Shown here: one piece after another, positions 1 through 12,200 of the stretch
Layout: each line of letters starts with the position of its first letter
Position numbering within the stretch: position 1 is the stretch's first letter
Source: a virus
Lineage: Duplodnaviria; Caudoviricetes
IMG/VR virus record: IMGVR_UViG_3300032225_001750
Span: 1-47,280 of that record
Length of the DNA stretch: 47,280 nt
Direction: 5' to 3' (one strand)
Notes under the pieces: generated by a model
The model's database searches: none
The model's input: only the letters and a program-made list of their open reading frames with translations
What the model was told of the DNA's origin: nothing
Translations under genes and position numbers: made by a program

Positions 1-444
1 AGAGTTGGCATCAGCAAAAGTTACAGTATGCGTAAATGTAATTGTCCAAGCATTGGTACCGCTACCAGTTGCAGTGGTTTTACTTGTGGTGCCAGTAAAT
101 GTTCCGTATTCTGTGCCCACTGCCGCGGCGTTGCCACGATTGGTTGTGACTGAGGTGATGTCTGCTGACACGTTGGCCAAAATACCAATTGTGGTGCCTG
201 CTGTGGGTGCTGTTCTTGATGTAAGCGTTGTTGAGGTTTGAGTTCCTGCTGTGGCCAAGGTGTTGACCAGGCTGGCCCATTGTGTTGCTGAGACAGTACC
301 GCCAGTTGAGGCTGAACCCAATGTTGTTTGTCCCCAACCTTTGTCGCCTGATCCTGTGGCCCAGATGTCATTCAAACCACCTGAGTTGGTGGTAAATGTG
401 TTGTAGTCTGATGCTTGTATTAAACTTCCGCTTGAATATGTCAT
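1..444 (-). CDS. Virion structural / tail fibre-associated protein (runs off the left edge of the window)
   Basis: Not in the ORF track. ATG at 444 with AGGA just upstream, 12 nt after the stop of the fibre gene. Reads MTYSSGSLIQASDYNTFTTNSGGLNDIWATGSGDKGWGQ... and is open to position 1. Thr/Gly/Ser-rich, as is typical of virion proteins. Confidence 0.8.
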   Translation of the reverse strand, partial: MTYSSGSLIQASDYNTFTTNSGGLNDIWATGSGDKGWGQTTLGSASTGGTVSATQWASLVNTLATAGTQTSTTLTSRTAPTAGTTIGILANVSADITSVTTNRGNAAAVGTEYGTFTGTTSKTTATGSGTNAWTITFTHTVTFADANS

Positions 445-456
445 TTCTGTTCCTAA

Positions 457-2505
457 TTAGTTCTTGATGGTCACAATTGCTTCAATTGTACCCGATCCTG
501 AGGTCATCTTGTCAACTAGACTTCGTCCAATCACATTGAATGACGTAGCCTCACCAGGTTGGGCCGCTCTTGCAATGCCTGCGCCTGCTGAAACCAATCT
601 GTCGCCTTTGTGTACAATGCCTGTTACTTTAACTGGGACACGTCCAGTCATTGCAACTGGAGGATGTGTGTCGTTTTCGCCTGCGCCACCGTTCATTAAG
701 TATGCCGCTCTAGTACTTATCACACCAAACACGTTTTCGCTTAATTCTGTGAGCGATTTGGTAATTTCTTTAATGCCACCCAGTTCAACCACTGTGCCTG
801 CTTCTAGCACTTCATCTGCGGCAAAGCGTTCTGCAACGTCGGCGTAAAGTGCTGTGGTTGCCTGTGCAAATACTTGGTTAAAATAAGCAGTTGAACTTCC
901 AATATTGCCCACTGCGTTTGCATTGGTATTAACAATATTGCCAACTCTAATGGTACCTGTTGATACGTTTAAATTACCACCGGTGATGTTGCCTGTAGCC
1001 GAAATCAATCCACCAGTTAAGACGTTTCCACCGATGATATTACCAGTTGTGCTAACTGAGCCGCCTGCAGGTGGAATCACATTACCAATAAAGTTTGCAC
1101 CAGTAATGTTGCCGCTTGCGCTAACAGTTACCGCGTTGACAGCAGAAGTATAAGTGGCGTTAAAATATCCAGTTGGGCTGCCAATGTTGCCCACAGCATT
1201 TGTGCCACCTTTGGCAATGCTTTGTACATTGGCCACGTTGGCATATACTGTTGTTGTGTCAATCACCACCACATTTGACGTTCCACCAATGTTGACAGTT
1301 GCACTGCCGCCTGAACCGGTGAATTGTACGTTCGAAGTTCCATTTTCAATTTTGGTTGCACTGGCTGCCGCACTAATACCACTTAGTGTAGAGCCGTTAC
1401 CATAGTAATAGTTGGCTGAGACATTGCCACTGACATTGGCATATCCAGTGATATTGGCACCTGCTGTAGAAAATACTGCTATATTTGCTGTTCCGCCAAT
1501 GCCAACTGTGATGTTGCCACCTGAACTAACCACAGTGACATTACTTGTACCTGAATTAATGTTAGCAACCGAAGTAATAACGCCGGTTAAGGACACACCG
1601 TTACCAAGGATATAATTACCGGTTACGTTACCGGTTGCTGATACCAATCCGCCTGTTAAGATATTGCCAGCAGTGACATTACCAGTGGTACTGACATTAC
1701 TACCGGCAGGACTGATCACATTGCCAACAAAATTTGCTCCATATACATTGCCTGTTGCCGACACTTGCCCAGCGGTTAAAATATTACCGCCAGTTATGTT
1801 ACCAGTTACGTTTCCGTACCCACTGATATTAGCACCAGTAGTAGTAAAGATGGCTCGTGTCGTGCCGCCGGTGGTCACAACCAAGTTGGCTGCACTCACA
1901 AGATTACCGGCCATGTTTGTGCCGGTGGCATTGCTAAATGTAACACCTTTGTAGACTGTGGGGAATAAGGTAGAAACAGGTGCGGCTGCAGTAAAGTTAG
2001 CGTCGCTACTGAAAATAGCAACTCTCACGCTGTTGGAATACAGTGTGGTCACATAGTGAGGCGTGGCTGAAGTATCGTTAATTGTTTCGGGGATGGCACC
2101 TGTTGTGCCTTGACTGCTGGAATAGGCCGGTCCAACCACAATGAAACTACTACCAGTATAAACTTTTACCTGCTGGTTTGTGGTATCATACCACAAGTCA
2201 CCTGTTACATTTGAAGTAGGTTGTGTGGCACTGGCTGTGGAAAAACTTGCTGTTTTGAATATTGTACCGTTGTAAATTTTGAGTAAACCATTGGTTTTGT
2301 CCCACCAAATTTGCCCGGTCAATGGCGCAGTTGGGGCCGTGGTGTTTGAAAAGTTCTCCAGCATCTGGATAAAGTTTTCGTCTAAGAATTCACCGTATCC
2401 AGCATAATTTTTACCCACCAAGGTCACGCTACTGGTTTGATTGTACGTGCCATCTGTTATGGTGGCAAAAACTGAGCCGTCTGTAAGATTAATTGTATAT
2501 GCCAT
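457..2505 (-). CDS. Tail fibre / adhesin with C-terminal intramolecular chaperone (peptidase G2-like autocleavage) domain
   Basis: 682 aa. N-terminal attachment region (LVGKNYAGYGE...ENF...P.GQ.W.D), many GN(V/I)TG beta repeats, and a C-terminal YADVAERF...GTVV.LGG...GV.S...VA..GRVPVKV.G.V.KGD.LVS...G motif. Confidence 0.75.
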   Translation of the reverse strand: MAYTINLTDGSVFATITDGTYNQTSSVTLVGKNYAGYGEFLDENFIQMLENFSNTTAPTAPLTGQIWWDKTNGLLKIYNGTIFKTASFSTASATQPTSNVTGDLWYDTTNQQVKVYTGSSFIVVGPAYSSSQGTTGAIPETINDTSATPHYVTTLYSNSVRVAIFSSDANFTAAAPVSTLFPTVYKGVTFSNATGTNMAGNLVSAANLVVTTGGTTRAIFTTTGANISGYGNVTGNITGGNILTAGQVSATGNVYGANFVGNVISPAGSNVSTTGNVTAGNILTGGLVSATGNVTGNYILGNGVSLTGVITSVANINSGTSNVTVVSSGGNITVGIGGTANIAVFSTAGANITGYANVSGNVSANYYYGNGSTLSGISAAASATKIENGTSNVQFTGSGGSATVNIGGTSNVVVIDTTTVYANVANVQSIAKGGTNAVGNIGSPTGYFNATYTSAVNAVTVSASGNITGANFIGNVIPPAGGSVSTTGNIIGGNVLTGGLISATGNITGGNLNVSTGTIRVGNIVNTNANAVGNIGSSTAYFNQVFAQATTALYADVAERFAADEVLEAGTVVELGGIKEITKSLTELSENVFGVISTRAAYLMNGGAGENDTHPPVAMTGRVPVKVTGIVHKGDRLVSAGAGIARAAQPGEATSFNVIGRSLVDKMTSGSGTIEAIVTIKN

Positions 2506-2523
2506 GTGGGTTACCTATTCCTA

Positions 2524-2531
2524 TATTTATA
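2524..2531 (-). promoter_or_regulatory. T4-type late promoter TATAAATA
   Basis: Exact TATAAATA on the - strand, 18 nt upstream of the fibre ATG. A gp55-like sigma factor is encoded in the window. Confidence 0.75.
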
Positions 2532-3132
2532 CGGCATTGATATTGCTTAGTGTCTGGATTCGAAGCGTGTAATCAATTTGAATTTGACGATTCAAACTCT
2601 TTTGTACCGGGTGAAAAATCACATGGGTAATTAGGCGTAAATTATCAGCGGCGCCGTTCCATGTTTTAAGTCCCAGTTCATCAAATACATATTCACCATT
2701 ATAATTGGTTGAATTGTCAAATGCCTGCTGTTCAGCTGGTTCACCATAGTCCAACAAACAAGTCACTAAAATATCAGTATACGCATTTCCGGTAGTGTGT
2801 AACACCGTCATTTTGTTGTTTTCTGGATCTGTATCAGCGGCTGAATTATCGTCTACCACTTTTTGATAGGTTTGATTATAAAGTGATGCACTTTGTCCTG
2901 TAGTATTTGGGGGCAGATATGTAATAACGCCAGTGGGGTCCACACTACTACCACCGTTGCCAAACGCCATTTGATAGATGTAGCCCAGGTTGCGGTCTGC
3001 AAGACTTTGAGCCATTGCTACTGAAATATTTTCATAGTGGATAGCGTTATGATCATTATAGAATATTTCGCCGCTTGCGGGGTCATGAATTTTGACATGC
3101 CCAGTAATTTTTGCCAGTCCCGAGGTTATCAT
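2527..3132 (-). CDS. Conserved virion structural protein (baseplate/fibre attachment region)
   Basis: 201 aa inside the structural operon. MAFGNGG...FDELGL...L.THV.F.P..KS..R...I.Y.. resembles tail-collar/fibre attachment-type proteins. Confidence 0.6.
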   Translation of the reverse strand: MITSGLAKITGHVKIHDPASGEIFYNDHNAIHYENISVAMAQSLADRNLGYIYQMAFGNGGSSVDPTGVITYLPPNTTGQSASLYNQTYQKVVDDNSAADTDPENNKMTVLHTTGNAYTDILVTCLLDYGEPAEQQAFDNSTNYNGEYVFDELGLKTWNGAADNLRLITHVIFHPVQKSLNRQIQIDYTLRIQTLSNINAV

Positions 3133-3278
3133 GCTCGTCCCTCCACGTAAGTTTTTTGAGTTGTTGGGTCAAACACTCTAAAATGTCCTTGCACATTAAC
3201 GGTGCCGGTTTCGTTGGGTTTGCTGGGCTTTTGCTCTTTTTTAGGCTCAACTGTGTGATTTTGCTGTGTATTTGACAT
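3129..3278 (-). CDS. Small 49-aa protein below the ORF-track cutoff
   Basis: ATG at 3278, reads MSNTQQNHTVEPKKEQKPSKPNETGTVNVQGHFRVFDPTTQKTYVEGRA*. Its TGA overlaps the next ATG (ATGA at 3129-3132), it fills the gap between two genes, and GGTAAATA lies 7 nt upstream. Confidence 0.75.
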   Translation of the reverse strand: MSNTQQNHTVEPKKEQKPSKPNETGTVNVQGHFRVFDPTTQKTYVEGRA

Positions 3279-3285
3279 GGTCTTT

Positions 3286-3293
3286 TATTTACC
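3286..3293 (-). promoter_or_regulatory. Late promoter-like GGTAAATA
   Basis: TAAATA core in the short intergenic gap, matching the motif seen before other structural genes. Confidence 0.55.
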
Positions 3294-3297
3294 TTGT

Positions 3298-6200
3298 TTA
3301 TAACCCACGCAAGAACCTTGCGGCTTGCGTTTGGGTATCTTGAAGTGCAACACCATTGCTGGCGGTGCCGTCCCCGGGTGCGTACCAAGTAACGCCCTGA
3401 CGTACTAAAATTGTAACTTCAGAACCAGCGGCAGGTGCTATATCAAACTCTACTGCTAGTGGATCAAAATCAGTTACAAACCAACGGTAAGTGCTATCGG
3501 CAGTGGTATCACTGGCTGCGTACTGGCGTATTCCGCCCACATAGACTTCAATTGCGTCAGTTTCAACTGCGGAGTCTGCAAAATCAGCAATTACAATACT
3601 AGGTGCATAGAATATTGTGGTACTAGCGTCGCCCATGCTAGAGTCGCTTACAATATAATTTTGGAACTGTGTGGGTAACAAATTGCCGCGACCCATGTCG
3701 TATACATTAGCACCGACACTATGATCTGCCGCTCCAGTGCCTGCTGTGCCACGTATTAGTCCCGAAATAGTGTTTGCCACAGTATCGCGCTCACGATACA
3801 TGATACGCTCGCCGTCAATGGTGACTATGCCAAAAATTCCAGCGGCCAGATCTGGAGCACTTAGGGCCTGTGCATTTGCAACATAAGCGATGTTTGCAGT
3901 GCCTGACAAATCTTGTGTCAGTGTGGTAGTTGTGACTTCGGTAATTCTGTAAGTGGCCTGTATCCCACGCATGTCTTGGAATATGCGGAAAGCCATTGCT
4001 TCTGGTACCACGCTGTTGGTAAATGCTTCAACAACTAAAACGTCACTGACTCCAATTACTCCGCTGGCCAATATCAAGTAATCGCCACTCACAGTATAAT
4101 CCAGGCCTTCAAATAGTCTGTAACCATTTAATGTGACCCAAAGTCTGCTGGCACTGTTTATACTTCTTTCTAAGTAGAAATTGTTTACATATATTGTGGT
4201 TCCTGAAGAATAATCAAATGCTCCAGGAGCGTTGTTTGCGGTATCTGGATACGAATAATTAGTTGAGTCGTAGCCTTCTGTAACAGTTACACTATCTGTA
4301 ACAGGGCCTTTAAACACTAGTGTCAAGGGCCATAATTGAGCAGTATCGTTCCAGGTAGTCACTGCAAATAAATCATTCAAGACCACTGCAGATGATATTT
4401 GTAATTGGTTGGCAACAACTCTATATCCGGCCGCAGTGCTTACGGCAATTAAAATTCTTGCACCGCTGGTGGGAGGGGTTGTAAACACCACTTGGCGACC
4501 TGGGGTATTACTACCAGTCCAAGCGGTCACGCTGTAGTTACCTGTGGTAGGGCCGACACTTTGTGTTTGTAAAATGTTATCTATCCATACTGTGATATCT
4601 GTAGGGGCATAGATTGTTGATTGGCTGTATCCACCGCGTTGTGGCAATCCAAAACTCACGCTAGAATCATCGCCAATCCATTCGATACCTTCTGGTGGCT
4701 GTAGTCTTAATCCGTTGCGTGTGACCACAAGGTTGGCCGGGTTGGTACCTTGAACACTGTTGGTCAGATAGATAATTTTGCTGGTTACAAGATTACTATC
4801 AGCCACTTGGTATTGTACCTGTGGTGTGCTCCATGAGTACACAGTACTTGCTTGTCCTGTTCCAGAACCAATTCCGGTTGCTGTGAAAGTCACGCCTAGA
4901 GTGTTTGAAGCGGCACCAATTGAGGTCCAACTAGTTGAGCCAACAGCGGTAATAGTGTATGACTTGCCAATAACAAAGTTGCCAGCATTGATGGTATTTG
5001 TTCCAAATACCACCATGGCAATACCATCTGTGGCGCCATAGTCAGTTCCAAAATCTACTAGACTTTGCAAGGTTGGCACAAATTCAAACCAATACAATGC
5101 ATTAGTAATGTTCACACCAATTGGTACATCTTGTAGTGCTCGGTAGTAATTGCCGCCATTGTTAACAACTGCCAACTTGCTATAACTATCTAGTATATTC
5201 CAGTCAGTGCTGGCAACATATGGAGTCCAAGTCACACTGTCAACGTTCTCGCCGTTTACAAATACTGCAATGCTGGTGATTTCTGTTGATCCCACTGGGA
5301 TCACTACTGTCTCGCCAATGTCACTGCCAATGTAGTTGGCACGATACAACTGACTACCGCCGCCAAGTTCAAACACATTAATCTGGAACTGATCCCCAAG
5401 ATTTACTGCTGGTGGAGTCAGTATCAAAGAAACTGTTTGATTGACCCAATCAATAGTATAGTTTGTGCCAAGTGCAAGATCGCCACCGGTGGTAATATCG
5501 CTGATCAATACTTGAACTGGATGGTTGGTTATCCCGGCCCAACTGTATGCTGTTTCGATTGCAGGATTGTATGTGTAACGAACGCTACTCCATTGGAATC
5601 CGTGTCCATCTCTGTTCCAATCTGCTCCTGGGCGTGTGTAAACGCGGAAGTCTAAGGTGTCAAATTCTGCGCCATTGATCAATTCTTCAGGGGCATGACC
5701 TTCGTACAAGCCAATAAATTCGCCGCCGTCAACGTTGATATCTGTAGGCAATGTACCTAGTGTGACATCTGTAAATGCACTTGAATAGTTGGTATCCACT
5801 GATAAAAGGTTATTCAAGAAGTAGTCGCCGTACACTTGAACACCTGGATAATCAACGCCATCAATCAGTAATGGCAATTCAAGACCAGGTTGATTGACCC
5901 CAGGTACATAATATCCCATGGTACGATCAACTCCAGTTAGTGATCTAGCAGGCACCAAGGTCCAATCCTCAAGATTAAATGTTGGTCCCATAATTGGTGC
6001 ACCTGAAGAATCAGCAGGAGTCGCAATCCATACACGATTTTCATATCGTACTAGCATGCCAGACAAGTAAGTGCCATTTGGATTCCAAGTCAACACATCA
6101 CTGAAATATTGGAAACGATCATATTTGATCACAGTGCGGAAACTACGCACAAGATTGTTGGTCATTCTAGCATAAGCACGAGCCTCAGTACCATTGCCAC

Positions 6201-9200
6201 CATCAAATGTAATTGTGGGCGTTTGGCTGTACCCTGACCCTGAGTTAGTAACATTTACTGCCACCACCCGGCCTAAACTACTGATTACTGCGGTGGCTTC
6301 TGCTGGGGTCAATGCATCGCCGGTGATTACAACCACTGGTGGTTCAGTATAACCTGATCCACCATCAATAATTTCCACACTGTCTAATACCAACAAATAA
6401 TTGCTGTACCACTGATTGTATGGCCATGTAGACCAGACTGGACTAGTTGCTGGCAAATCACTTTGTGCATTGGTTGTTGAGTTAAATGCTGTGCCATGAT
6501 CATATGGCAACAAGATTGGGCTTGTAAATTCCGGTACCGCCAGCGATGTATTATAGTATGCTGGCAAATCAAAATCAGTCAAATCGCCAAAAAATTCGTC
6601 GAATCCATTGTACTTCAAGTTGAATTCACGAACACTGACATGGTATGGTTTGACCTCTTGAATATAGTCGCTGACAAATTCTTGATTGTCGCGAACATAA
6701 TTTTGATACGGAATCAATTGACGAATTCTATGATCTACGTCAATTAGGCTGGTCTTGACCAACCATTCAGGTGCAGAGAATTCGCTCAACACAAAATTAA
6801 ACATCAACACCAAGGCTTTGTTGCGTTGTATTGCTAGATCATCAATCAACAATTCTTCATTGATGGCTTGAATAATTTTTCTAGTTTCTGTCACGGGCTC
6901 TTGATCAAAATATTGTGCATCAAATACTTCAACATCAAATCCAAAACGTCCCACTGCGTAGTCCCAAAGGTCTGCAGAGAATTCGATGGTGCCATCTTGC
7001 AGGCCAACTCGATCCCAACCTAGAACAGTTTTTAGGTATATTTCAAATTTACCTTGTGCATTGGCAGTGACTTTGGCACTGCTTCCAACAGCCACAGTGA
7101 GTGTGGCCAATGCTGAATAAGTGGGCACTTCTGCTACAACTGTGGTACTGGAATTGTATCCTGGGAGATACCAGTTAATATAACTCCAGTAGTCTGGTGT
7201 GTTATACCCTTGTACCCGAGTCAATTTCAATGCTCTTGTGCCGGGAGTGGTGTCACTTTCAACAACTGTATAAATTGTCCACAGACCGCGTTGACTGCTG
7301 TCAGTGGTCACAAGATATTTGTATCCTAGTGGGATAGAGCCGCTTGGATTAGACCAGAATGGTGTTTGAAATCCTAATATTTCTAAGTTGGCCACTTGCA
7401 GATTCCAGTTGGTTACTGTAACATTGTTTACGATTTGAGTCTGTGATGGAATTGGTTCGTTGCTGTTGAGCAAAGTAAAACTTCTGCTTTCGCTGATAGG
7501 GTATTGTGCCAATACTGCGTTTACACGTTTCAAGTAATTTTTTAACGCCGCAAAACGATCCACAAACATTGATTGGCGTGGACGGAATTGTACTCCATAG
7601 CGTTCTGCAGGACCAAGATTGGGATCCGGTACCTTGTTGCCAAATGTGTCTACTCCACAGAAACTATCTTGTAACTTGCGGTATAAACCGTCACTCAAGA
7701 ACCCATCAGCACGGTCTTGTGGAATTAGTTCATATTCAACGTGTACATTGTCGTCGGTGTATTCTCGATCGTATTCAATACTGATAACAGTATCACTAGC
7801 AGAAATGTAGTCGGCGCTGTTGTATAATGCAATTGTGCTGGCATTGATTGGTGCCATGTAAGGAATACCACTGGCCTTGGGATCCGCAATATAAGATGCA
7901 ACTGTGCTTGCTGGTAATGTTTTGCCCAATTGGGTTGCTGTGACTGTGATACCACGCACCCAGAAATAGTAGTAGGTAGCAAATGTTCCATCTTGTGAAA
8001 GATTTGTATTAACAGTGTAAGATGCTGTGTTTAAAGGGATTCCTTCGCCGGTATATGATGTAGGAGGGGTTGTACTTTGTACCCATTGGTACACGTCAAC
8101 TTCGCTGCCTGGGAACAATTGTGCCCAGCGTCGGCTAGCATACACAATTGAATCTTGATTGGGGTCAATAAATCTTACTGTGCTGATATCCCACCAAATT
8201 TGTCCCACGTGATCAGCAAACCAAGTGGTGCCTATGATGTTTGTGGGACCTGTATTGTATGAGGCAGGATCAACCGCACCAATGTAATCAATGTTGGCGC
8301 GACTTGCACCTAATATCTTGCCTTGTAAGGGATTGATAAAATCCAAGAACTCTGTTCGAGCACTTGTTATTCTGTCGTACAGGAATACACTATTTAATAA
8401 TCGAATATCAACTGTAGGCTGTTGAATTTGTGCCACAGACCAGGCAGGTGAGTCAGAAGGGTTTTCAAACACAAACACAGCGCCAAAGTTTGCATCACTA
8501 TCGCCTGCGTCATTCTTGGGAGCACCGGCCATCAACACACCGGAGGTATAGTTCACTGCGGCACCAAACGTATCATATGATCCTATTTGACTATTGTTAA
8601 CCTGTTGTCCAAATACAAATTTACCAGGATTGGTTATGGTTAATGAACTACTGGGCAAATAATCAAATGTGTAAATTGCACCGCTTTGTACAATTACTGA
8701 GAAGAATGTGGTGCTACCAGCGTCAAATATTGTGGTGCCATCATCAAACACCGTTTCAAGATATATTGTGCCTTGTGGTGCACCAACTACCAAGTTCACT
8801 GCCGAGTCATTGATACTGATAGCACTGCCAAATGCCGCATACTGCACAGGATATGGACTAGTGATAGTTTGTGTCCATGCAAAAGTTTTAAATCCTAGGT
8901 CAGCAAATGTTGTACCCACAGTTCCGGGTGCCACTTGTACTTTGTTGAATGGTGCGGCAGCCACAGAATTCTTGACACTGACTGTGAGATAACCTGTGGT
9001 GCTGACCGTGGCCAGTACGTTCGGTACCGCGCTGTTGATTGCACTGGCCAAACTTGCCAATGTTGCGGCAACTGGAACTTCAACATCTATGTTGTTGATT
9101 CTAATTGTGTTGCCAGCAGTGAGTGAGGGATTGGCCACTGTGGCAGTGATAGTACCATAGATACGACTTTGATTTACAAAACGCTCAACCACACCACCTT

Positions 9201-12200
9201 TGAATATTTGTTGGCTGCTTTGTGGCTCGCCCACATACAGGCTACAATTGTTGGCGCAGATGTCTACTGCTTGACCAAAGTTGCTGAATTCTGCAATCAC
9301 ATGCTGGTCAACTTCCTGCACTTGTTGGAACTGGTTGGTTTCAATTTCAACAATATCACCAATCTGCAGATCCCCAAGAATTGTCACAGTATCTCCAGAC
9401 ACAGTGAATGAATCAGGAGCATTGATTACACTATTGGTTTGATTGATGTAGAACTGATTATTGACAATCACACTCACTGGCGCTGGTGGTGTGCCGCCTA
9501 GCACTGTGAAACTCACGCTGGAAGGATCTGTACCATAGATAAATTTTTGTACGTTTCGATCAAATATATAAACCGCACCTGCTTGAACTTTGCCATTAAT
9601 TGTGCGATCGGGTGTACCAATTAACACTTGGCGACCATCTGTGGTACATGAAACTGAATGTCCAAATCTATCTCCAGCACTAAGGCCACCCGTGACCATA
9701 CCGGAATCGATTGTGTTTACATATTCAAAATATCCTTTGGCGCTGACTACAATAATGTCTGACACGCCATAAGATCCAGTAAATGTTACAGTGGTGCCGG
9801 CAAATGTGTAATCAATGTTGGGGCGCAATAGCACTTCATTGACTTTGATGCTGAACGAATATATGTTTGTGGCGGTGAACAAGCCGACTCTACGACCGTC
9901 AGCATTAATAGCATTATCAAGATTGTAAGTGGTTGCAGTATACGGAATTTGGAAACTATTATAACGTGCAAATTCAATCAAGGTCGATGCCAACGCTGTG
10001 CCCGTTCCAGATCCTACTCCAGTGGCAATAAATTCCACACCCACGGTGTTTGAACTGGCACCAATGGCAACAAAGTTGGTAGTTCCCACACTTAGAATTG
10101 TGTATGTTTGTCCTGATACAAAACTTCCAGCAGTGGCCACTCCTGGATTGTTTGTCAACTTAACTGTGCTAAAATTAGAATTCACAGTATAATCAACATC
10201 AACTGTTTGCACCTGACCGTTTAGTGTTACTTTGAGTTGATATTTGTTATTGATTTGTATGGTGTTGTTGATATTAAATGATTGGGTCGAACCATCAGCG
10301 GTGGTTCTGATAATTTGTTCTTGCCAGTCAACATATCCATAGGCGTGTACGCTGTTCAGTCCTGGTGCCCCAATGTACATCCAACGTTCGTCTAGGCTCA
10401 TGGCCACACTATAACCAAACTCGCCGGCACCTGTTAACAATGTGCCATATCCAGCAGGTTGTGTGAGCAATTGTGATTGTCCGTAAGGGATAGATCCAGG
10501 AACGCCCAGGGCTGGATCACGATAAATCACACATGCATATCCGTTATCGGCCTGGCCAGCAGATCCCAAGCTGGCACTGGCACCGGCTACTGCCCATGTT
10601 TGGTTACCAAAATCCACAGCATTACCATACCCACGCACGCCTGTTGCATCCAGGGTCAAAATTGCATCGCCTGTGCCCAATGGGCTTACAGGTGTGTATT
10701 GGTCGCTATATCCTTTGACATATACATACACAGCACCTTTGGCAGTGCCACTAGCAAAACCATAACGTGGACTGCCAACCAATGCCGCAATTTTATTTCT
10801 AGCTTGTGATACACTGGCGCCATATTGTTCACTTGCATCAAGCAACACTGGACTTAACGAGGTGATTGTTGAGAACACATTGTTCTTTTGCAACACTTCC
10901 CAGAGTCCGTCCCCGTTGTCGTCGACCCAAACTTTGGCGCCTGGCAAAATATTCAATGCATATGGCAAGGTGTCAACGTCGCTGGCCTGTGCAACTCGCA
11001 TGGTTTGTAGTGTAAAGCCAATGCCAGTACCGTTGGCCACTGAACGGTTACTGACAAATGTGAACGCAATGTTTACAGTATCAAGACTTGGGACGCTGAG
11101 CACCTGGTATACTCCGTTGATTTCTGTGTCAAAGAACTTGATGATCAGTTTGTCACCAACTGCCAAATTGTGATGGTCATTGAATATCACACGGCTGGTG
11201 CCATTCAAGTTATCGCAAACGTGCTGTATCTGTCCCGGCACTGCTTGAGCACGATAAATGCCCCAGTCATAATCATTGATCTTGGCAACCCAGATGCTTG
11301 TGCCAACTTCAATTTTGTCAATGTTGGCTGCTAGGCTGGCGGTGTTTGTAATATCAAACACTGTGATATCAGTGTCATTGAGACTGACATATCCTGCCGA
11401 AGGCAGTCCAGTATCTGTGGGTAATTCAGTTGTGGTAGGAAGAATAGCGGTGCTAGTGAGTTTGTAACTCGATCGCCAGACATCCGTTAAGAAAATAGTT
11501 TGATCTGCTTCACTCTGTTGTTGTGGTACTATAACTTGTACCAAACTAGGGTTGCTACTCAATAATGCACGATTCAATCTCAATTCAAAGAAACTGCGAT
11601 TGGCATTGGCTCCATACACCGCACGTTGTACCGCCCAGTTTTCATAAATTGAATAGTCAGCGGCTTCCTTGCCCAGGTTAGCGGCTTTGAACAATTCAGC
11701 AGATAGAATAGTACCTTTGGTTCCTAAAAATTGTCGATACACATTGACTTGGCTAACATCATCAAGATTTAGTGCGGCCAGGTATTGACGTGGCTTGAAT
11801 CCAATCAATCCATAGGCTAGAAGATCATTGTCAGTTTCAATATTGGCAGTATTGATGTTGTAACTGTTCATCAACTGATCGGCTTTGTTGGCCAAGTTAG
11901 GCAACAATCCAAGTTCAATTTGATTGTAGTTGCTCTGCGCCCATACATTGAAATCAAATTTTGCACTGGGTTGAACAATAGTAAGTGCTTGCCAGTACAC
12001 ATTCTTGTACTTGACAATTTCACCTTTAGGGTAAGTTTTTAATCCAGTCCACTCTTGTACGTTGTTTTGATTCAAGATAAAACCAGGAGTATCCACACTT
12101 CCGTTCCAGTCACTAGTAGTCACCGCTACCAAGGTTAGTCTATTTTGTCTTGCGCCAGTTACAGGATTGTATATTAAATCTCCAAACACGCTTTGATTGT

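Noticed and set aside
457-2505. Diversity-generating retroelement or invertase acting on the fibre
   Set aside because: No reverse transcriptase or recombinase is in the window, and no near-identical template/variable repeat pair differing at adenines was seen.
3083-3388. 101-aa ORF-track call spanning the end of the giant gene
   Set aside because: It overlaps two real genes out of frame. The 49-aa ORF at 3129-3278 fits the gap, the promoter and the ATGA coupling better.
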